This document shows, in pieces, positions 58,310-64,000 of a stretch of 64,000 nt of DNA. The notes below the pieces were generated by a model. That model saw nothing but the letters and a program-made list of their open reading frames with translations, searched no databases and had not been told where the DNA came from. The DNA is from a bacterium. Lineage in GTDB: Bacteria > Krumholzibacteriota > Krumholzibacteriia > LZORAL124-64-63. The stretch covers positions 1,873 through 65,872 of the forward strand of contig JAGRNP010000002.1 in NCBI GenBank assembly GCA_020440705.1, given 5' to 3'. Each line of letters opens with the position of its first letter. Within the stretch, counting starts at the first letter, position 1. The position numbers and the translations under genes were made by a program.

Positions 58310-61069
58310 ATGATTCCGTATCCGCTCCGCATCGGCGCCCCGGCCGTCCTGCTCGCCCTCGTGCTCGTGCTCGCGCCGGCGCCCGCCGCCCGGGCCGCCG
58401 ACGAATTCGTCCTGCCCGAGCTGGCCCTCGAGACCTACACCCTGTCCAACGGCCTGCACGTGATCCTGCACGAGGACCACCGGCTGCCCACGGTGTCGGT
58501 GAACGTGTGGTACCACGTGGGCAGCAAGGACGAGAAGCCCGGGCGCACCGGCTTCGCCCACCTCTTCGAGCACATGATGTTCCAGGGCTCGGCCCACCAC
58601 GACGACGACTACTTCACGCCGCTGCAGAAGATCGGCGGGCAGGTGAACGGCTCGACCAACACCGACCGCACCAACTACTGGCAGAACGTGCCCGCCGATC
58701 AGGTCGAACTGGCGCTGCAGCTCGAGGCCGACCGCATGGGCTGGCTGCTGCCCGCCATGACCCAGGAGAAGCTCGACAACCAGCGCGACGTGGTGAAGAA
58801 CGAGAAGCGCCAGGGAGAGAACCGGCCCTACGCCGTGGCGCGCGAGGCCCTGCAGCGGCTGCTCTTCCCCGAGGGCCATCCCTACCGCTGGACCACCATC
58901 GGCAGCATGGACGATCTCTCGGCCGCGTCGCTCGAGGACGTGCAGGACTTCTTCCGGCTCCACTACACGCCCAACAACGCGTCGCTGTGCGTGGCGGGCG
59001 ACTTCGACCCGGCCCGCGTGAAGGAGTGGGTCGCGGCCTATTTCGGACCCATTCCGCCCGGCCGGCCCCTCGAGCGGCTCACCGAATGGGTGCCGACGCT
59101 GGCGGGCGAGCGGCGGGCCGTGGCCGAGGACGCCGTCGACACGCCGCGCCTCTACATGGCCTGGCACACGCCGGGCTACTACGCCCCCGGCGACGCCGAG
59201 TTCGACCTGCTCGGCGCCATCCTCGCCGGCGGCAAGACCTCGCGTCTGCACCGCCGCCTGGTGCTCGAGCTGCAGATCGCCCAGGACGTGCGCGCCCGCC
59301 AGCGCAGCCGCGAACTGGGCGGCGTGTTCGAGATCGAGGCGACCGCCGCGCCCGGGCACGACATCGCCGAGCTCGAGGCGGTCATCGACGAGGAGCTCGA
59401 GCGCCTGCTCGACAAGGGCGTCACCGGCGAGGAGGTCGAACTCGCCCGCACGGGCATCGAGACCGACTTCGTGCGCGACCTGCAGGAGGTGGGCGGCTTC
59501 GGCGGCCGTGCCGATCGCCTGAACCGCTACCACGTCTTCGCCGGCCGGGCCGACTACCTGGCCGCCGACCTCGCCCGCTACCGCAACGCCTACGCCGGCG
59601 CGGTGGGGGCCTGGGCCCGTCGCTGCCTCGGCCGCGACAACCGCGCCGTGCTGCACGTGGTGCCCCGGGGCGACCTGGCCGCCATGCCGGAGCCCGCCGG
59701 CCTGGACCGCACCCGCCTGGCCGGCAGTGCGGGTGCTGCGGCCTTCGTGCCGCCGTCGATCGGCGAGGCCGTCCTGGAGAACGGCCTGAAGGTGTGGACG
59801 ATCCCCGATCCGTCGCTCCCCCTGGTGCAGTTTCGCCTGGAGATCCGCAGTGGCTGGGCGAGCGATCCCGCGGGCCGCGCCGGCACCGCCGCCCTGACCG
59901 CCGACCTGCTCGACGAGGGCGCCGGCGGCCGCGACGCCCTCGATCTGGCCCGCGACGCCGAGCGGCTCGGGGCGCGCCTGCGCACGACGAGCAGCTTCGA
60001 CGGCAGCTCGGTGGCGATCGAGGTGCTGGCCAATCGGGCCCGCGACGGCCTGGAGCTGCTGCGCGACGTGGCGCTCGAGCCCGACTTCCCAGTCGAGGAC
60101 TTCGAACGCGTGCGGCGGGCCCGGCTGGCCCGGGTCCGGCAGGAGGCGCGCCGCCCGCGCGACCAGGCGGTGAAGGCCTTCCAGGAGCGCTGCTTCGGCG
60201 CGGGACATCCCTACGCCCAGCCCTACACCGGGAGCGGCGATCCGGAGGCGCTGGCCGCCCTCGACGTCGCCGACCTGGCGGCCTTCCACGCCGCCCACTA
60301 CACCGCCGACAACGCCGTGCTCGTGGTCGCGGGCGCTCTCGACGGCGAGACGGCCCTCGCCCTCGCCCGGGACGTGTTCGGGCGCTGGGCCCCCGGCGAG
60401 CGGCCCGCACCCGACGTGCCGGCGGCCGCGCCGGCGGCGGCGGGATCGATCCTGGTTCTCGACCGGCCGGGGGCGGCCCAGAGCTTCATCGTCGGCGGCT
60501 TCCCCGCGGTGGCGCGACGCGACGCCGACTACACGGCCCTGGACGTGGTGAACACGGCCTTCGGCGGGCAGTTCGGCTCGCGCATCAACATGAACCTGCG
60601 CGAGGACAAGGGCTACACCTACGGCGTGCGCAGCCAGCTGCTCGCCCTCGGCGGCGGCGGCGCCTTCCTCATGTCCACCCCGGTCGAGACGGGGGTCACC
60701 GTCGCGGCCATGCGCGAGCTCGTGGCCGAGATGGACTCGCTGCGCACCGCTCGCCCCCTGCGCGGCGACGAACTCGCGGACAACCGCAACCGCCTGGTCA
60801 TGGGTTTCCCGCAGCGCTTCGAGACGCGGTCCGACGTGGCCGCCGCCGCCGGCGAATTGGCCCTGTACGGCCTGCCGCGCGACACCTGGCAGGACTTCGC
60901 GGCCGCGGTGGCGGGGGTCGACGAGGCGGTCGCCGCGGCGGCCGTGGCGCGGCACCTGGACCCGGCCCGGCTGATCTGGGTGGTGGTGGGCGACGCCGCG
61001 GTGATCGGTCCGGAACTCGAGGCCGCCGGGCTCGGCCGGGTCGAGATCGCGGGTTCGGGGACGAAATAG
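58310..61069 (+). CDS. secreted M16-family zinc metallopeptidase (tandem M16 halves, insulinase/pitrilysin-like)
   Basis: GGAGGA SD and a signal peptide. Inverted zinc motif HLFEHMMFQG (HxxEH) in the first half. The second half is an inactive M16 repeat. 919 aa. Confidence 0.85.
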   Translation: MIPYPLRIGAPAVLLALVLVLAPAPAARAADEFVLPELALETYTLSNGLHVILHEDHRLPTVSVNVWYHVGSKDEKPGRTGFAHLFEHMMFQGSAHHDDDYFTPLQKIGGQVNGSTNTDRTNYWQNVPADQVELALQLEADRMGWLLPAMTQEKLDNQRDVVKNEKRQGENRPYAVAREALQRLLFPEGHPYRWTTIGSMDDLSAASLEDVQDFFRLHYTPNNASLCVAGDFDPARVKEWVAAYFGPIPPGRPLERLTEWVPTLAGERRAVAEDAVDTPRLYMAWHTPGYYAPGDAEFDLLGAILAGGKTSRLHRRLVLELQIAQDVRARQRSRELGGVFEIEATAAPGHDIAELEAVIDEELERLLDKGVTGEEVELARTGIETDFVRDLQEVGGFGGRADRLNRYHVFAGRADYLAADLARYRNAYAGAVGAWARRCLGRDNRAVLHVVPRGDLAAMPEPAGLDRTRLAGSAGAAAFVPPSIGEAVLENGLKVWTIPDPSLPLVQFRLEIRSGWASDPAGRAGTAALTADLLDEGAGGRDALDLARDAERLGARLRTTSSFDGSSVAIEVLANRARDGLELLRDVALEPDFPVEDFERVRRARLARVRQEARRPRDQAVKAFQERCFGAGHPYAQPYTGSGDPEALAALDVADLAAFHAAHYTADNAVLVVAGALDGETALALARDVFGRWAPGERPAPDVPAAAPAAAGSILVLDRPGAAQSFIVGGFPAVARRDADYTALDVVNTAFGGQFGSRINMNLREDKGYTYGVRSQLLALGGGGAFLMSTPVETGVTVAAMRELVAEMDSLRTARPLRGDELADNRNRLVMGFPQRFETRSDVAAAAGELALYGLPRDTWQDFAAAVAGVDEAVAAAAVARHLDPARLIWVVVGDAAVIGPELEAAGLGRVEIAGSGTK

Positions 61070-61172
61070 ACTGGCGTCCCGGCACGAATTGGCCGAAAAT
61101 GGGCCCTTCTCGGGAATTTTCCGGGTCACAGCCGGTGGCCCGTCACCATAGGGACAGGAGCAGGAGGTGAGC

Positions 61173-61796
61173 ATGGGCCCGCAGTCCGGAGACGCCCCGA
61201 ACAGCGAAAACGCGCCCATGTCGCCCCTCACGCCAGCGGATCTGGAGAAGGTCCGCGCGCGGGATCCGGAAGCCCTCGGGCTCCTGTTCGACGTCTGCTT
61301 CGGCCGGGTCTACAACCTGGCCTACCGCCTGATGGGGCAGGAAGCGGCCGCCCAGGACGTCACCCAGGAGGTCTTCCTGCGGGTGCACCGGGCGGCGCAC
61401 CAGCTCGACCCGACGCGCGATCCGGTTCCCTGGCTGATGACGATCACGACGAACCTCTGCCGCGAGCAATGGCGGTCGCGGCAGGGGCGGCAGGACAAGG
61501 CGACCGCGTCGCTCGACGCCGATCCGGACCGCACGCGCGACGTGCCGTCCGCAGCGGCGGCCCCCGATGCCGACCTGGTCGAGGCCGACCGGCGCCGTCT
61601 CCTCGAGGACGGCCTGGCCCGGCTGCCGGACGCCATGCGCGAGGTGGTGGTGCTGCACGATCTGCAGGGGCTGAGCCACGAGCAGATCGCCCACATGATG
61701 GACGAGGCGGCCACGGCGGTCCGCAAACGCTACTCACGGGCCCTGGCGCGATTGAGGGAGATCATGCAGGCCCACAGACCGGATGTGCTGGAATGA
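61173..61796 (+). CDS. ECF-type RNA polymerase sigma factor
   Basis: AGGAGG SD 6 nt before the ATG. Region 2 (LLFDVCFGRVYNLAYRLMGQ ... DVTQEVFLRV). Region 4 (LQGLSHEQIAHMMDEAATAVRKRYSRALARLR). Confidence 0.85.
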   Translation: MGPQSGDAPNSENAPMSPLTPADLEKVRARDPEALGLLFDVCFGRVYNLAYRLMGQEAAAQDVTQEVFLRVHRAAHQLDPTRDPVPWLMTITTNLCREQWRSRQGRQDKATASLDADPDRTRDVPSAAAAPDADLVEADRRRLLEDGLARLPDAMREVVVLHDLQGLSHEQIAHMMDEAATAVRKRYSRALARLREIMQAHRPDVLE

Positions 61797-62704
61797 GCGA
61801 GCGCGACGACATCCACCTCACGCCCGAAGAGGAGCAGCGGATCCAGGCGTCCGTACGCGCCCTGGGCGAGGTGCGCGCCGACGACGCCTTCCGGGCCCGG
61901 CTGCGCGAGCAGTTCCTGTCGGGCACGATTCCCGCCGCGGCGGAACCCGCTCCGGAGATCGCCGCGCCGGATGGGGCCTCACCGGGGCTGGCCGCAGCCG
62001 AGGCCGAAGCGGCCCTCGAGCCCGCCTCCCCGCCGCAGATCGTGGCCCTGCCATCCCGGCGGCCGGGCCGCCGGGCATGGGCGCTGGCGGCCCTGCCCGC
62101 CCTCGCCGCGGTGCTGGCGTTCGTCTTCCTGGGCGGCGGCGAACCGGAATGGCGCCTGCAGGGTGTCCGCGGCGACGGCCGGGTGGTCATCGCCGGCCAG
62201 GCGGTCGACGCCTCCGCGCGCACCGACCTGTCGCGCCTCGTGACCGACGGCGCCCGCTACGAGGTGGGCGAGGGCGTCGAGATGGACCTGGTGCTCGGCG
62301 ACATCATGGTCGTCGGCGTGCACGGTCCGACCACCTTCGAACTGGCGGCCCGCGACGCCGCGGCTCCCGATCGCTTCGAGGCGCGTGTGGAGGGCGGCGA
62401 GTTCCGCTTCAAGTCGGGCCCGGCCTTCCGGGGCCACGAGATGGTGATCCGCACCTCCGAGGGCGACGCCCACATCACCGGCACCACCGTGGCCGTCTAC
62501 AAGGATCCGGACGTGACCTGCGTGTGCGTGCTGGAGGGGACGGCCCGCATCGGGCGCGATGGCGAACACATGGACGCCGTGCCCGCGGGCATGCGCAAGG
62601 TGATGTTCGCCGACGGCAGCGCGCCGAAGGTCATCCCCATCGAGCCCGGGCACCGCGACGGCCTGATCGAGTTCGAGGGCTACAACCGCGACACGTTCCG
62701 CTAG
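61793..62704 (+). CDS. anti-sigma factor (FecR-like periplasmic domain), cognate to the upstream ECF sigma factor
   Basis: ATGA overlap with the sigma gene. Cytoplasmic N-terminus, one TM helix (ALAALPALAAVLAFVFL), and a periplasmic beta-rich domain. Confidence 0.6.
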   Translation: MSERDDIHLTPEEEQRIQASVRALGEVRADDAFRARLREQFLSGTIPAAAEPAPEIAAPDGASPGLAAAEAEAALEPASPPQIVALPSRRPGRRAWALAALPALAAVLAFVFLGGGEPEWRLQGVRGDGRVVIAGQAVDASARTDLSRLVTDGARYEVGEGVEMDLVLGDIMVVGVHGPTTFELAARDAAAPDRFEARVEGGEFRFKSGPAFRGHEMVIRTSEGDAHITGTTVAVYKDPDVTCVCVLEGTARIGRDGEHMDAVPAGMRKVMFADGSAPKVIPIEPGHRDGLIEFEGYNRDTFR

Positions 62705-62720
62705 CCGGCGCCCGCCCGGT

Positions 62721-63251
62721 TCAGGCCGCGCCCGACCCGCGCCGCGCGCGCAGGGCGACGTCCGCCACGATCACCACCAGGATCAGGATCAGCAGCACCC
62801 AGAAGAACTCCTCGGTGAGCACCGCCGCGATGAAGGTGGCCGCCTGGATGCCCCCCAGCACCGCCAGGCGGGGCCGGAAGTGCACGCCGGCCAGGGTCGT
62901 GGCCATGGCGAGCAGGAGCAGGGCCACGAGGCCGCTCGTGGTCGGGGTGAGGGTCTCGGCGCGGCGCAGGAAGAACACGAGCAGGATGCCCGCCACCAGG
63001 GACAGCCAGTGGAAGACCTGCCGCCGCAGGTGCCCTCCGGCCGATTCGCCCGCCTCCGCCGCCGACTTCCAGGCCAGTCCGATGCTCACGCCGCCGCTGA
63101 CCAGCGCCATGGCCAGCCAGTACCACAGTCCCCATTTCACCGAGTAGTCCATGATCGCCACGCCCCCGAGGGAGAGCACCACCAGGAAGATGAACGTGTT
63201 GCGGCCGAGTCCCGGACGCGAGGTGGAGGTGGGGGCGGCGGTGCCGGACAT
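62721..63251 (-). CDS. hypothetical membrane protein
   Basis: Start at MSGTAAP. Four or five hydrophobic helices. No known motif. Confidence 0.45.
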   Translation of the reverse strand: MSGTAAPTSTSRPGLGRNTFIFLVVLSLGGVAIMDYSVKWGLWYWLAMALVSGGVSIGLAWKSAAEAGESAGGHLRRQVFHWLSLVAGILLVFFLRRAETLTPTTSGLVALLLLAMATTLAGVHFRPRLAVLGGIQAATFIAAVLTEEFFWVLLILILVVIVADVALRARRGSGAA

Positions 63252-63371
63252 GGGGCTCTCCCTGGCTGGGGAACGGTGCGGCCGCGCGGGCCGGGATCGC
63301 GCTGTTCGTACCAGCATTCGTCGATGCCGTCAAGGTGGCGGCGGGACGGGGCCGAGCCTATCCTGGACCCC

Positions 63372-64000
63372 ATGGTATCCAGCGCATCGCCCCGCTCCGC
63401 CCTTCGCCTCGCCGCCGCGGCCCTTGCCGGGGCGCTTTTCGTCGTCGCGCTCGTCGCCTGTTCGCCGTCCGGCCCTTCGGACGCCGATCCGGTGCGGGTG
63501 TCGGTGACCACCGACACGTCCGCCGTCGCGCCCGGCCGCTCGGTCACCCTCGTCTGGCGCTTCGCCATCGCGCCGGCATGGCACCTGTACTGGGTGGGCC
63601 GCAACGATTCGGGCTTCCCGCCCACCATCGACCTGGCGCTGCCCGCGGGCTGGATCGCCGGCGCCCTGCAGTGGCCGGCGCCGGAGCGGCACCTGGCCGA
63701 CGGGGACATCCTCGACCACGTGTATTTCGACGAGCTGGTGCTGCTGCAGAAGGTGCGGGTGCCCGACGACGCGGCGCCCGGCGTGGTGGAGTTCGCCGCG
63801 ACGGTCGAGTGGCTGGGATGCAAGGAGGCCTGCGTACCCGGGAAGGCCACGGTGCCGGTGGCGGTCACCGTCTCGCCACAGCCTGCGGCCGACCGTTCGG
63901 ACGCCTGGCGCGCCGCCCACGACGCCCTGCCGCAGCCGCTGCCCGCGGGGCTGGTGTCGGCGGAGTGGTCGGGACAGGTCTTCCACCTGCGGCCCCTCGC
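63372..64000 (+). CDS. DsbD N-terminal-domain (DsbD_2/ScsB-like) thiol:disulfide interchange protein, 5' partial (runs off window)
   Basis: ATG 63372, signal/lipobox (LVACSPSG). The conserved WHLYW ... LGCKEACVPG pattern fits the DsbD alpha-domain fold. The frame is open to the window end. Confidence 0.5.
   Translation, partial: MVSSASPRSALRLAAAALAGALFVVALVACSPSGPSDADPVRVSVTTDTSAVAPGRSVTLVWRFAIAPAWHLYWVGRNDSGFPPTIDLALPAGWIAGALQWPAPERHLADGDILDHVYFDELVLLQKVRVPDDAAPGVVEFAATVEWLGCKEACVPGKATVPVAVTVSPQPAADRSDAWRAAHDALPQPLPAGLVSAEWSGQVFHLRPL

Noticed and set aside
58193-61231. 1012-aa minus-strand and 887-aa plus-strand ORFs overlapping the M16 peptidase gene
   Set aside because: The 58310..61069 frame contains the HxxEH zinc motif, a signal peptide and an SD. 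The alternatives are antisense or frame artefacts.

Overview
This is about 64 kb of very GC-rich (~70%) bacterial chromosomal DNA. Coding is dense on both strands. Many of the long six-frame ORFs in the track are antisense or alternate-frame artefacts of the GC content. I kept only ORFs with recognisable domain content, plausible starts and ribosome-binding sites, and sensible operon context. I saw no rRNA, tRNA, CRISPR array, transposase or integrase.

The region is rich in signalling genes:
- three Ser/Thr kinases (one with a TolB-like beta-propeller, one with TPR repeats)
- four ECF sigma factors (two with cognate anti-sigma factors)
- two large hybrid histidine kinases
- a heme (CXXCH)/HAMP sensor gene one nucleotide out of frame with a kinase gene

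Envelope and secreted functions are also prominent. There is an OmpA protein with thrombospondin type-3 repeats, two small outer-membrane beta-barrels, and S9 and M16 peptidases. A secreted Endonuclease-I/FN3/lamin-tail nuclease and a beta-propeller protein both end in T9SS-type (FlgD-Ig-like) C-terminal sorting domains. That points to an FCB-group or Gemmatimonadota-like Gram-negative host. Housekeeping genes include guaA, msrA, arsC, ogt, cysQ and a SlyD-like FKBP.

The most interesting loci:
- an ECF sigma factor gene whose stop overlaps the GTG start of a Ser/Thr kinase (4 nt)
- the heme/HAMP sensor plus kinase junction
- two tandem secreted paralogs with a conserved C-terminal SWGAVK-LY motif, upstream of an ECF sigma / zinc anti-sigma pair
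- a DUF1028 gene directly followed by a PNGase F-like N-glycanase gene (1-nt gap) on the minus strand
- the multi-domain secreted nuclease, driven by a near-consensus TATAAT promoter in an AT-rich island
- a 45-aa membrane micro-ORF with its own promoter and a bidirectional terminator
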